A stretch of DNA of 40,986 nt. It comes from Acidobacteriota bacterium. GTDB taxonomy: Bacteria; Acidobacteriota; Terriglobia; Acidiferrales; UBA7541. Below, one piece after another: positions 28,575 to 38,194 of the stretch (positions are counted from its first letter, which is position 1; each line of letters starts with the position of its first letter). The notes below the pieces were generated by a model. That model was not told the origin of the DNA, searched no databases, and saw only the letters and a program-made list of their open reading frames with translations. Made by a program: the position numbers and the translations under genes. The DNA is taken from NCBI GenBank assembly GCA_003224515.1, contig QHZC01000053.1, positions 1 through 40,986 of the forward strand, in the 5' to 3' direction.

Positions 28575-30252
28575 TCTGCGTCTGCTCCAGAAGGTTTACG
28601 AGTCTCGGGCGGTCGATCTTTCCATTTGTATTCAACGGTATCTCATCAAGCCGATAGATTTTTCTTGGGACCATATAATCGGGCAAGACCTGGCCACAGT
28701 AGGCTAGCACAGGATCCGGGTCTAGAGCTCTAACGCTAGAGACGAAGGCAACAACACCGTCCGCACTACCGTTCTTGGCTGGCCAGGCGACCGCAACAAC
28801 TTGTTCGGTCCCGCACGCTCTTCGAAGCACAGCTTCTATTTCTTGCAGTTCCACCCGATAGCCTCGAATTTTGACTTGATGGTCCATCCTTCCCAGATAA
28901 TAGAGGCAGCCATTTGGATCTTCTTTGACCAGATCCCCGGTCCGGTACCAAACCGTCTCTCCTTTAGAAGGTAGCCGGACGAACTGCTCTTGCGTTCTCT
29001 GGGGGTTATCCCAATAGCCGCTGGTTACTTGCGATCCGGCCAGACAAAGTTCTCCCTGGCCGCCAGCCGAGACGATGTTTCGCTCGGCATCTACGATGCT
29101 CCACCGTTGCCGTTCGAAAATCCAGCCAAGGGGCACAATTCCGTTCAAACATTCCGCCGGCGACCTGACTTTATCCCAGCGATAATGAGAAATGGCGATG
29201 GTTGTCTCGGTAGGTCCGTACAGATTTTCTACTATGGAGTTCGGAGCTGCTTGCTGCCAAAGCCGAGCATAGGTAGCGGAAAACGGCTCCCCGCAGAAAA
29301 GGCTGCATCGTAAAGAAGGAAAACAATCCGGCGATAGCAGCCTCATCTTTGCTAGGAGACCGATCACCGAGGGGACCGAGAACCACATGGTTAACTGATG
29401 TTCTCGGATGAACTTGGTTGGGGCCATCACCGACCTGTCCGGCACGCAATATAGGCACGCGCCCCGCTCCCAGCAAACAAACATGTCATGAACACTCAGG
29501 TCAAACGTTAGGTCAAACTCTTGGGAAAAAGAGTCTCCTTCGTTCACATCGTACCTATCGCACACGTACTGGACGTAGGACAACACGTTCGCTTGACTGA
29601 TCGGAACGCCCTTAGGCTGACCAGTACTCCCCGAAGTGAAGAGCAGATAAGCAATTGCAGCTGGGTCGACCTCTGGCTGGAAAGAAAAATCGTAGCCAGT
29701 GGATATGTCAGTTGAGGCCATAAATCTGTGCCTAGGAAAATCTGCGGGTAAAGCATTCGCCTCAGAAGTGTCTGGCAGGATTACGGTTAAAGGCCGGTTC
29801 ACTGTGGCCAAGAGCTTTGGCAACTGCTCCATACTCTCTTTTCCTGCAACAAGCACCGTACAACCGGACAGGGACAGCATGCTTCGTGTGCGCTCGATCG
29901 GAAACTTGAGATTCAGAGGGACGTAGCCTCTTCCTGCGGCTAGTATGCCCAAGATACTCGCATAGGCCGTTGCACTCCGATGAGCCAGAACTGCCACAAG
30001 GGGAAAGGGCTCATGCTCATACTGTAGGATCGCCGACCCAATCCTGCCGGCCATGCGTTGCAAGGTGAGATAGCTGAAAGATTGGCCGTCCACTACAAGC
30101 GCCGGTCGTAGAGGAAAATACTTAGCCGATTCGGCAAATCCGTCGATGAGACTCCTGAACAAGGTGCTTCCTTTCATCGACTCGTCCCCTGCTGCGGGTC
30201 GGTCGGTTAGTTGTAAAATCCTTTCGTTAGGGACCATCCCGGTCTTCCTCAT
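28552..30252 (-). CDS. Stand-alone amino acid adenylation enzyme (DltA-like)
   Basis: YLLFTSGSTGQPKG, FDLSV, FCGE, NLYGPTE, YRTGD, GRMDHQVKIRGYRVEL, LPDYMVP and NGKIDR. The start may instead be 30237 or 30177. Confidence 0.92.
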   Translation of the reverse strand: MRKTGMVPNERILQLTDRPAAGDESMKGSTLFRSLIDGFAESAKYFPLRPALVVDGQSFSYLTLQRMAGRIGSAILQYEHEPFPLVAVLAHRSATAYASILGILAAGRGYVPLNLKFPIERTRSMLSLSGCTVLVAGKESMEQLPKLLATVNRPLTVILPDTSEANALPADFPRHRFMASTDISTGYDFSFQPEVDPAAIAYLLFTSGSTGQPKGVPISQANVLSYVQYVCDRYDVNEGDSFSQEFDLTFDLSVHDMFVCWERGACLYCVPDRSVMAPTKFIREHQLTMWFSVPSVIGLLAKMRLLSPDCFPSLRCSLFCGEPFSATYARLWQQAAPNSIVENLYGPTETTIAISHYRWDKVRSPAECLNGIVPLGWIFERQRWSIVDAERNIVSAGGQGELCLAGSQVTSGYWDNPQRTQEQFVRLPSKGETVWYRTGDLVKEDPNGCLYYLGRMDHQVKIRGYRVELQEIEAVLRRACGTEQVVAVAWPAKNGSADGVVAFVSSVRALDPDPVLAYCGQVLPDYMVPRKIYRLDEIPLNTNGKIDRPRLVNLLEQTQNETTIRG

Positions 30253-30304
30253 TGATTACGGAGGCGATTTTTCGCAGCGCCCACGCGTCGGATGCTTCCT
30301 CGGT

Positions 30305-31360
30305 TTACACATTGACCGTTTGGGAGGCTCGATCAAACACAACCTTGGTATGGTTCAATTCCTGTTGGCTGGGCGGTACATCGAGAATGAAGGTCGTGTA
30401 TCCGAGAGCGATATACGTCGCTAACTCTCCCGCCACTTGGTCGTAATTCCCGACCAAATAGGGACAGAACGTTTTGTAATTCTCAAACGGTCTCAACCAA
30501 TAGGGACTCCGGTCTGCCTTCGTTTGTTCGCTGGTTTCTGACAGTTGCTTGTGCCAAAAGGAGTCAGAAACCTTCATCACGAGTTGGTGAACGAGTTGGC
30601 CTTTTCGGTCTTCGGGGAACCGCTGTTCAGCGATCTCCCAGGCTTCGTCCTCGTCTTCCCGCGCGATGATTCCCACTCGGATGCCGGGGTGGACGCCTTC
30701 GCGAGCAGTCTCAGCATCACATTCTTTGGCTGGCTTCGGGTCCTTCACCGCTGTCGCCCCAAGAACTTTGGCAGCGTCGAGCCCGGCCTCAGAAGATCCC
30801 GAGACGAACAAGCCTGGGAAAAGTACCGGCGGCAGCGCTGGCGTCATTTTCAATTTGTCTATTTTGTAGAACTCGCCCTCATAGGTTACTGGCGCCGGGC
30901 TAGCCAGCAGCTGCTTGATGATCATCGTGTACTCGATGAGCCGAGCATATCTCTTGTCGTGGGGAGTCACGTCGTTCAAGGCAACAAGGTCATTTTTGAA
31001 GCCACCAGCAACCATGTTTAGGTAAACCCGCCGACCGTACAGGAAACCGAACGAAGCCACGAGTTTGGCAACCGAATACGGATGCATATACACGGGTTGC
31101 ACGGCAATGAGCGGACACAAAGTTTTTGTGTTCTCAACTATGATCTGAGACACGAGCCAGGCATCGACAAGCGAGTTGTCCGTATAGACGAGGATTCCTT
31201 TGCAGCCGTAGTCCTCACTCCAACGTGCCACAGCGGCTACATCCCTGATGTAAGACTCCCTGTCAGCGTCACTGGACTGAGGACAAGTCGCAAACAATTC
31301 AAGCTGCTTCTCCGATCCATCGTCGTTCACGGTTTCCTCCCTAAAGATGAATGGGACCAT
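30305..31360 (-). CDS. LLM-class (luciferase-like) flavin-dependent oxidoreductase
   Basis: LIAVQP, GRRVYLNMVAG, VTYEGEFY, VSGSSEAG and YLVGNYDQVA. Confidence 0.88.
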   Translation of the reverse strand: MVPFIFREETVNDDGSEKQLELFATCPQSSDADRESYIRDVAAVARWSEDYGCKGILVYTDNSLVDAWLVSQIIVENTKTLCPLIAVQPVYMHPYSVAKLVASFGFLYGRRVYLNMVAGGFKNDLVALNDVTPHDKRYARLIEYTMIIKQLLASPAPVTYEGEFYKIDKLKMTPALPPVLFPGLFVSGSSEAGLDAAKVLGATAVKDPKPAKECDAETAREGVHPGIRVGIIAREDEDEAWEIAEQRFPEDRKGQLVHQLVMKVSDSFWHKQLSETSEQTKADRSPYWLRPFENYKTFCPYLVGNYDQVAGELATYIALGYTTFILDVPPSQQELNHTKVVFDRASQTVNV

Positions 31361-32477
31361 CGCCGTCCCCTCGGGTCAAATGTGCTTGTGCCATCTTGAT
31401 CTGGAACGGATGAAGAGGTTTGCTGAGTTCTTTCGATGTCGCAAAAAGAAAATTCGAGGGGCCCGCGAGAAATCCCGCGGATCTGAAAGCAGCAGACCAG
31501 GAGGAGTGAGATTGATTCGACACTATCAAGTCCACCCCCCTTTCTTCCAACACCCTAGTGGCTGCCCGGACGACGGCATCGGCGTTCTCCGGTAAGGCCA
31601 AGCAGTCCACGATCGATCCCACTCGCAGATTGCCAAAGTACTTGTTGTCATGCATCGGCGTATCCAAAAGCACCGCCCAGCCCAGAACCGCGCCCCCGCG
31701 GGTGATTTTGCAACGGACGAATCTTTTACTGGTTCCGGGATACAGAATATTTAATGTTTCGCTATCCCGGACGGCGATCATCGCGTACTGCCCTTCGCAC
31801 TTGTGCCACAGATCGTCAGCCCAGCCGGAAAAGCCCTGGACAACTTCGGTCCGTTCTTCGGATTCGCCTCGTTTGGCTCGCGCACTCTGCAAGATCCTTA
31901 GAAGGAGGCCGCCAGTTCCCGTCCGGGCAGCAATGTCCATCAGTAGCCTTTGCGCCGGAGTCTTTCGCATAGCGCGGATTTGCCTCAGGAATCGGTCTGG
32001 GCTATTCACCTTAAAGTGGAATGCCACCGTACCCATGCTCCAGCCCAGGGATGTCAAGGCTCGCTGAATCTGGGGACCCATGGCCAAGCCATATAGCAGC
32101 GGCTGAGCTTTCAGGGCGCTGTTCAACATGTGAAGGAAAACCCAGGCGTACTTCCTGTCAACGAGTCCCTCGGAAATTTGCCAATGAAAAAGAGCGATCG
32201 AGCGAACCTCGCCGTGGAAGGAAAAATCTTGATGTTTGAGCCTGTAACCTCCTCGAACCGCGCCGTCTTCTAACAACAGGAAGTACTCTTCAAAGAGCCG
32301 TCTACCATCAACCTTGGGCAGGCTCTCGGGAATATGACACTCGGGGAACCGAAACTCCGGGGGCGCACTGCCAGCGTCCAATCGAGTGTTAAAAGCTTTA
32401 ACCGAAGCGATTAGCTCTTCTGTGTAAGGCTTAAACGTAATCAACTTGCATGCCGCTCCAAGTGTAATTCGCTTCAC
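31341..32477 (-). CDS. Probable GNAT-fold acyltransferase
   Basis: Weak tandem-GNAT pattern (ISEGLVDRKY, RDSETLNILY, GSIVDCLA, AFRSAGF). Coupled between the ATP-grasp and LLM genes. Confidence 0.55.
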   Translation of the reverse strand: MKRITLGAACKLITFKPYTEELIASVKAFNTRLDAGSAPPEFRFPECHIPESLPKVDGRRLFEEYFLLLEDGAVRGGYRLKHQDFSFHGEVRSIALFHWQISEGLVDRKYAWVFLHMLNSALKAQPLLYGLAMGPQIQRALTSLGWSMGTVAFHFKVNSPDRFLRQIRAMRKTPAQRLLMDIAARTGTGGLLLRILQSARAKRGESEERTEVVQGFSGWADDLWHKCEGQYAMIAVRDSETLNILYPGTSKRFVRCKITRGGAVLGWAVLLDTPMHDNKYFGNLRVGSIVDCLALPENADAVVRAATRVLEERGVDLIVSNQSHSSWSAAFRSAGFLAGPSNFLFATSKELSKPLHPFQIKMAQAHLTRGDGDGPIHL

Positions 32478-32480
32478 GCA

Positions 32481-33863
32481 TTAAACCGCAATATGCTGGA
32501 CCTGATCGTCTAAAATGTCTGAGGCTCTGACCGCGTGGTCCGAACCGTTTCCGTCCCTGTGGCTCTTTGCCGAGGCCGCCCTTCGGTCCGACCCAAATTC
32601 CGTTTCCACGAAAGACTTGTCAATCTCGCCGGATGTGCAACTCCGGGCGTGATTCGATTCCGTAGTTCCAGGTTGTCCTAAGTCTCGACAGGCGGCCCAG
32701 AGCTTTCGCGCCGAGACAACGAGCATGAGCGGCAACTCGAGTAGAGCCGGTAGGGGGTCATCCGCCGCAAACAGTGCAAACTCGAGTGGGCTCTGCAAGG
32801 AGCGCAAATAGTCACGAGCGTTCAATCGGCCTCGCAGGATCTCCTGCCATGCGGCCGCCACATCTGTACTCATTCTTACCCACCGAACTCCGGCACGGCC
32901 GGTGATCTCTGAAACCGACTTTCCAACGATCTGGCGCCACAGCAAGTACGGATAATCCACGCCTGCACGACCGCATAACGGTGACCACGTCCATATTCGT
33001 GGGTTGATGTCCAGTAGTTTGTAGCGGTGGTCGCGGCGATCATACTTGAACTCGATTTCCGCGACGCCTGTATAGCCCATGGCAGCCAGCAGGCGCCGCG
33101 CCGGCCCCTCGATTTCAGGTTCCCGAAGCGTTTCCACGAAGCTGCTGGAGTGGCCGAAATGGATCGGGTACTGCCGCGTACGACGGGCGCTGACACTTGC
33201 GACTACCTCCCCTTTCGAACATAGTGCGGTGAAAGAGAACTGCGCATCTCCCCCACCTGGAATCATCTCCTGCACCAGAATCAGGTCGGGCGAGACAAGC
33301 TCCAGGGCCTCCCGATAGCGGGCAAGGAGGAGATCCCGATTTTCAGCAGGCCAGGCCTTGTCGACCGTGAACCGGTTGGCGCTGGCTTTGATAGCGGGCT
33401 TCAAAATTACCGGGAAAGGACATGGGGCAGTTTGGAGATCACCTTCGCAACGGGGAAAAAACGTCCACGGGTAGTCGATCGACTCCATTGCGGCCAGACG
33501 ATATGTCAAGCGCTTGTCATAGGCCCACCGCAAAACATCCCACTCCGGCGAAGTACCCCGAAAACAGCGGGAAAGCGGCTGCTGGAATCTCGCAATCAGT
33601 GCGGCTGATTCGTCATCTGTTGGGAACAATACCCAACCATCGAGGCGATACCTTTCCGCCAAGCTTAGCAGATATGCGACTTGTTCTTCGCTGCTCCCAT
33701 CAATCCAGGGCAAGCTGCGAAGTGTATAACGCGAGAGACTCGCGAGCCTTTGATCGGGCGTAGTCGTGACCCAGACTGCGATGCCGTTGCGCCCCAAGCT
33801 CCTGGAAATGGACAAGCCGCGATAATTCCCGCCGATTACAAGTGCTCCGGGGTTGTTGGTCAT
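32481..33863 (-). CDS. ATP-grasp carboxylate-amine ligase (D-aspartate-ligase-like)
   Basis: RSLGRNGI, LFPTDD, DKRLTY, PVILKP, VQEMIPG, EIEFKYD and LLDINPR. Confidence 0.9.
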   Translation of the reverse strand: MTNNPGALVIGGNYRGLSISRSLGRNGIAVWVTTTPDQRLASLSRYTLRSLPWIDGSSEEQVAYLLSLAERYRLDGWVLFPTDDESAALIARFQQPLSRCFRGTSPEWDVLRWAYDKRLTYRLAAMESIDYPWTFFPRCEGDLQTAPCPFPVILKPAIKASANRFTVDKAWPAENRDLLLARYREALELVSPDLILVQEMIPGGGDAQFSFTALCSKGEVVASVSARRTRQYPIHFGHSSSFVETLREPEIEGPARRLLAAMGYTGVAEIEFKYDRRDHRYKLLDINPRIWTWSPLCGRAGVDYPYLLWRQIVGKSVSEITGRAGVRWVRMSTDVAAAWQEILRGRLNARDYLRSLQSPLEFALFAADDPLPALLELPLMLVVSARKLWAACRDLGQPGTTESNHARSCTSGEIDKSFVETEFGSDRRAASAKSHRDGNGSDHAVRASDILDDQVQHIAV

Positions 33864-33915
33864 ACGAAACGTAGCGTTCTGGAACTTGCGAACGCGGCGC
33901 CAGCCCGGCGCCGCT

Positions 33916-34758
33916 TCAAATTTGCTGTTGGCTGCAATTCTTGGAGTCGTTCAGCCCTGAATTAAGCATGGCGATGATCGATTCACCGGCCCGGACGTGG
34001 TCCCCCGGACGCACTGCAATTATAAGGTTCTCCCTCATGGGTAGCACTACGTCCACTTGGGAACCCAAACGGATCACTCCCATTCTCTGGCCTAACGCCA
34101 CATCTTGACCTTCACGTAGGAACACGGCAATCTGGCGGACGAGCCTCGATGCAATCTGTACTACCGCAACCTGATAGCCATCGTTCTCGATCACTGTCGT
34201 TGCTCTTTCATTTTCAAAAATCATTTCCGGGCGGCGGAGCGAGCCAAAAAGCCCATGAAAGTGCTTTCGGAAAGAGACCCGCCCGGAGCACGGCGTGCGG
34301 TTCACATGAACGTCGAGAAAACTCATGCTGATCCCCACGACAACCGCCTCTTGGCTGCGGAGCGACGTTTTGGTCAGCTCGGATAGCTTGTAGTGATGGC
34401 CATTCTTAGTCGAAAACGGCAAAACACCGTTCTCGGACCGGCGCACGTAAATCACCCTGCCGTCGGCGGGACTGACAATGACACCACTTCGAGCCGGTGG
34501 TGTCCGCTCTGGGTCGCGATAGAAACGATAAGCCAGCAAGCCGAATGCCGCGATAATGACCAGCAGCCACTCAAGCCCGGCCTTCTCGACGTCCGTCATG
34601 GCCCATGAAAGCGCGGGGGTACTGACCACGACTGCTGCTAGCAAACACAACAGAAGGATTGTCAATCCGACGCGCAACATCCCGAGCTGCCACTTCCATG
34701 CAAGCGGCAACACGGTCAGCAACGCGAGAAGCGCACCCAAGAGGCCGTAATGACCCAT
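33916..34758 (-). CDS. psd: Phosphatidylserine decarboxylase family proenzyme with N-terminal TM segments
   Basis: FYRDPER, VSPADGRV, DVHVNRTP, ENER, VVQIA and the self-cleavage motif RLGSQVD. Confidence 0.85.
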   Translation of the reverse strand: MGHYGLLGALLALLTVLPLAWKWQLGMLRVGLTILLLCLLAAVVVSTPALSWAMTDVEKAGLEWLLVIIAAFGLLAYRFYRDPERTPPARSGVIVSPADGRVIYVRRSENGVLPFSTKNGHHYKLSELTKTSLRSQEAVVVGISMSFLDVHVNRTPCSGRVSFRKHFHGLFGSLRRPEMIFENERATTVIENDGYQVAVVQIASRLVRQIAVFLREGQDVALGQRMGVIRLGSQVDVVLPMRENLIIAVRPGDHVRAGESIIAMLNSGLNDSKNCSQQQI

Positions 34759-34760
34759 GC

Positions 34761-35972
34761 CTAAAAGCCCCGTTTGATGGACAGGTACGGTACTAGGGCG
34801 AGTTCCATGAAACCCGGGAGAGGGTCTTCCCGGCTGAAGACTGCCTCTTCATGGTAATCGCGAAGTGTGCGGAGATACTCGCGGCATTTGATTTGACCAG
34901 TTAGGATTCCCACCACTCCGACAGGTAGGTCCGTGAGCAGACGGATCCACCGAACACCAACCTTGCCGCGGCAAGGCACGACCGGTTCATTCACTTGATC
35001 GGAAAACAGCAAGTATGGGAAATCGACGCCGGCCTGACGTCCAATCGTATGGTAACCCCAGGTACGCCCGTTTACATCAAGCAGTCGATACTGCGCGTCT
35101 CGCGGGTCGCGTTTGTATTCCAACTCGACGAGGCCATAGAAGTCTATCGCTCGCAAGAAGTGCAGCGAATACTCTTCGAGGAGCGGCGCGTCAACCGTTT
35201 CTACATAGGTGCTCGCCCGACCGAACTCAAGCGGATGCTGGCGCCGCCTGCACGCGACGAGACTGGCGATCGAGTCCCCCTGCTTGAAGAATGAGCAGTA
35301 CGCATACTGGCACCTTCCGTCACCGGGAATCAGGTCCTGGATCATAATTTCATCTGCCGGAACGTATCGTAAGGCCCGCTCAAAGAGCTGCCGCAGTTGA
35401 ACCGGGTTGTCTGCTCTCCACGCCTTGTCTTTCGTTCCATAGATGAAGTGTTCTTTGATCGCAGGCTTAAGTACTACGGGGAAATGACCGTCAATTGCTT
35501 CGAGGTCCTGCATATCACGCGGATACCAATTATGCGGCGTGGGGATTCCCAGGCTCTGAGCCAAGCGGTAGGTATTGCGCTTGTCCCAAAGCCACTTTAC
35601 CGATTCCCATGCAGGCGTGGGTACACGGAAGAGTTGGGATAGCTCGGAGCGATGCGTCGACAGGGCCGCGACGGTCTCATCCCGTGTTGGGTACAAAACC
35701 CAACCGTTAAGGCCGCGCTCTCGCCCCAGCTTCATGAGAATCTGGGCCGTGGTGTCCGGGTCTCGGAGTGAGGGAACCCGATACGAAAATCGGGTGTAGC
35801 GAGAATACTTGGCGATGGAACTCTCATCGTCTACCAGAAAAATTGGCACGCCGTAACGGCCCAGGCTGCGGACAATCCCAAGCCCCTGATAATCGCCTCC
35901 GATTATGACCGCGCCGGGCCGTTCTGCGCCCCAATCGTTATTTTTCTTGATGTGGTTTCTCAAGGTGCCCAT
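34761..35972 (-). CDS. ATP-grasp carboxylate-amine ligase, paralog of 32481-33863
   Basis: RSLGRYGV, LYPTRD, DKRNTY, PVVLKP, IQDLIPG, ELEYKRD and LLDVNGR. Confidence 0.9.
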   Translation of the reverse strand: MGTLRNHIKKNNDWGAERPGAVIIGGDYQGLGIVRSLGRYGVPIFLVDDESSIAKYSRYTRFSYRVPSLRDPDTTAQILMKLGRERGLNGWVLYPTRDETVAALSTHRSELSQLFRVPTPAWESVKWLWDKRNTYRLAQSLGIPTPHNWYPRDMQDLEAIDGHFPVVLKPAIKEHFIYGTKDKAWRADNPVQLRQLFERALRYVPADEIMIQDLIPGDGRCQYAYCSFFKQGDSIASLVACRRRQHPLEFGRASTYVETVDAPLLEEYSLHFLRAIDFYGLVELEYKRDPRDAQYRLLDVNGRTWGYHTIGRQAGVDFPYLLFSDQVNEPVVPCRGKVGVRWIRLLTDLPVGVVGILTGQIKCREYLRTLRDYHEEAVFSREDPLPGFMELALVPYLSIKRGF

Positions 35973-36010
35973 CCTGGCTCTTCTCAGATAGAACGCCCAG
36001 CACCTAGGTC

Positions 36011-37282
36011 CTAGGCCAGTGGATTTGATGGCCCCTCACGAAGATTTCCCCGGCTTTGGACGAGGCTGCATACGGCATAAAATCGGCGCCCTCGGGCCTT
36101 GCGGAGGATTCCACGAGCCAGCGTGGGCGAGGCGAACTCGGTGCCGGCCACAAATCTCATCAGCGGGCCAAAGCTCCAGGCAGCCGGCGCTCCAAGGAAA
36201 TGCAATCCTGGCAGGGAGGACTCGAAACCCGCGTCAAGGCGCGGAAAACCATTGATTCGTTCCACTCGCTGAAGGACTTCGGAAGAGAGAAAAGGGTAAA
36301 GAGCTATGTTCACGCGATACCCGGTCCCGAGAACAACGTGATCCACGCAGCGCTCCGTTCCGTCATTCAGCCGGACGCGGAGGCGATCCCCGTCAACGTC
36401 CGCCTGAACCGGAAACCGTCCTGTATGCGTGGGCAAGTACCCTGCGTATGGCGCTAACCGATGAGAGACTGCAGGCCGAATGGCGCGGATGCCCCACCAC
36501 TCTTGAATCCTACGCGGCAATCGACGAAACAAATTAGGCCTCTGGACCGCCAAGCTAACGCCTGCTGGACCTACATCGGCGCGACCATAGAAGAACCAGC
36601 TGATCGGCTTCTTGTGCATCCATGCCCTATGGCCGAGCCAGTGTACCGTGGAGTTGCGAACTAGGACCTCCACATAAGCGCCCGCCTTATGCAAGAAGGC
36701 CGCCGCCTCAAGGGCGCTTTGCCCCGCTCCAATGACGAGCGTCTCTTTCTCCCTGAGGTTTGCATAGTCGACTTGCTCAGACGTGTGAGTGACTAATGAA
36801 GTTGGAAGATCTGCGAAAATCTTGGGGCGATGGGCGAACGGCTGGATGCCGCCGGCCACGACAACTCGTCCTGCCTCGAGCTCTTCGCCGCCTTCGAGGC
36901 TGAGCCTGTACCCTCCCGAAGCCAGATCAATTCGTGTCACCTTCCGCGGATCTGTGGGCACCGCTAGTTGCCGATGAAACCAGTGTCCGTAATTAATGAA
37001 ATCCTTCACGGGTACCGGATAGGCCAACTGTCGATTTCCGTTCACTCTCCTATAAGTGTCCAGGGTGAGTTGCTCCGAGGGGTCGGCGATGTGCGACGCC
37101 ACCCATGGAGAGCGCAGAAGCATTTCCTTGGGCATGTGGCGTTCCCAGAATGACATCGGTTCGCCAAGGAGCCTGATATCCAAGCCCTTGAGCCGCCGAA
37201 GATGAGCCGCTGCGGAAAGGCCGTACGGGCCGGCACCGACTATTGCGACGTCACATTTCTCCATGGAATTTGTAACCTCCAT
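36011..37282 (-). CDS. FAD/NAD(P)-dependent oxidoreductase (class B flavin monooxygenase-like)
   Basis: Two Rossmann motifs, VGAGPYG and IGAGQSA, plus LGTGY and GLHFLG. Start at 37282 or 37264. Confidence 0.85.
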   Translation of the reverse strand: MEVTNSMEKCDVAIVGAGPYGLSAAAHLRRLKGLDIRLLGEPMSFWERHMPKEMLLRSPWVASHIADPSEQLTLDTYRRVNGNRQLAYPVPVKDFINYGHWFHRQLAVPTDPRKVTRIDLASGGYRLSLEGGEELEAGRVVVAGGIQPFAHRPKIFADLPTSLVTHTSEQVDYANLREKETLVIGAGQSALEAAAFLHKAGAYVEVLVRNSTVHWLGHRAWMHKKPISWFFYGRADVGPAGVSLAVQRPNLFRRLPRRIQEWWGIRAIRPAVSHRLAPYAGYLPTHTGRFPVQADVDGDRLRVRLNDGTERCVDHVVLGTGYRVNIALYPFLSSEVLQRVERINGFPRLDAGFESSLPGLHFLGAPAAWSFGPLMRFVAGTEFASPTLARGILRKARGRRFYAVCSLVQSRGNLREGPSNPLA

Positions 37283-37483
37283 CGAGCTTCCCGTGCTGAG
37301 AACATCGAAATGCGCCCTTGGATCAGGCGACTGAACCCACTTTCCGGCCAAGCAGCTGCAAGGGCAGCTGTGTCGCGGCTGACACCCCAGCTCGGTGAGC
37401 GACCATCTCCAGGGCGCTGCAAGCCGATCGCCTGCACATGAACGGTTGCGGGGGCTCTGCGACGGGCTGCTGGGAGCTGTTCT

Positions 37484-38179
37484 TCATTTGGTCAGTACAA
37501 AAAGGCTGAATCCCCCTAGAAGGCGTACTGCAAAATCCTGGTTCAGTGCGAAACAAAAGATTCTGGGTACCTGCCGGATTTTGCTAACTATTCCTGAAGC
37601 GCGGTAGATGGCTCGCGGCACATAGAACCAATCGAGAATTTCGTACCCCTCATAGGCCATGGCCTGCAGCACCGTGTCTTTGGCAAAGCAGTGAAGATCG
37701 TCGCACGTTATTCGGCCCTCAAGCAGACCGTTTCTTCGCAAAACGGCGCGGGCTGAGAGTTCCAAGACAGTGTGAAAGAGCTTATAAGGAGCAAGTGGCT
37801 TGACGTCTCGCAGAAAGCTGAAATAGTTCTCCTGGTGTTCCAAGACGTCTAACACCAGAAGCAAATCGAAGTGTGCGCCGCTTTCCTTGCGAATGTCCGC
37901 CAGTTGGCAGTGAAGGCGCTCATTTTCGCGGCTCCGGCTGAGCTCGATCGCCTGGGGCGCAATGTCGTAGCCGAAGAAGCGGCATTCCTGGTCCATTTGG
38001 AGCTGTAATTGCCTCAACACTTCTCCAGTGCCGCAGCCGATCTCGCCGATGATTTCTGGAGTAAGGCGATTTTGTCGCAACATGCGTAAAATGCCTTTGG
38101 CCTTCCACGGGGAATCCTCGGTATGCCACAGGGGAACCTTTTGGAGATACTCGCCGGTCAGGAAACTGTTAGTTGTCAT
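37484..38179 (-). CDS. Class I SAM-dependent methyltransferase
   Basis: EIGCGTG, GYDIA and FDLLLVLDVLEH. Confidence 0.9.
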   Translation of the reverse strand: MTTNSFLTGEYLQKVPLWHTEDSPWKAKGILRMLRQNRLTPEIIGEIGCGTGEVLRQLQLQMDQECRFFGYDIAPQAIELSRSRENERLHCQLADIRKESGAHFDLLLVLDVLEHQENYFSFLRDVKPLAPYKLFHTVLELSARAVLRRNGLLEGRITCDDLHCFAKDTVLQAMAYEGYEILDWFYVPRAIYRASGIVSKIRQVPRIFCFALNQDFAVRLLGGFSLFVLTK

Positions 38180-38194
38180 TGCAGCAGATTTTAG

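Noticed and set aside
37323-37487. Small ORF starting at an ATGA overlap with the methyltransferase stop; considered as a peptide substrate for the ATP-grasp enzymes
   Set aside because: No graspetide-like core motif, the ligases look D-aspartate-ligase-like rather than RimK-like, and there is no support for translation.
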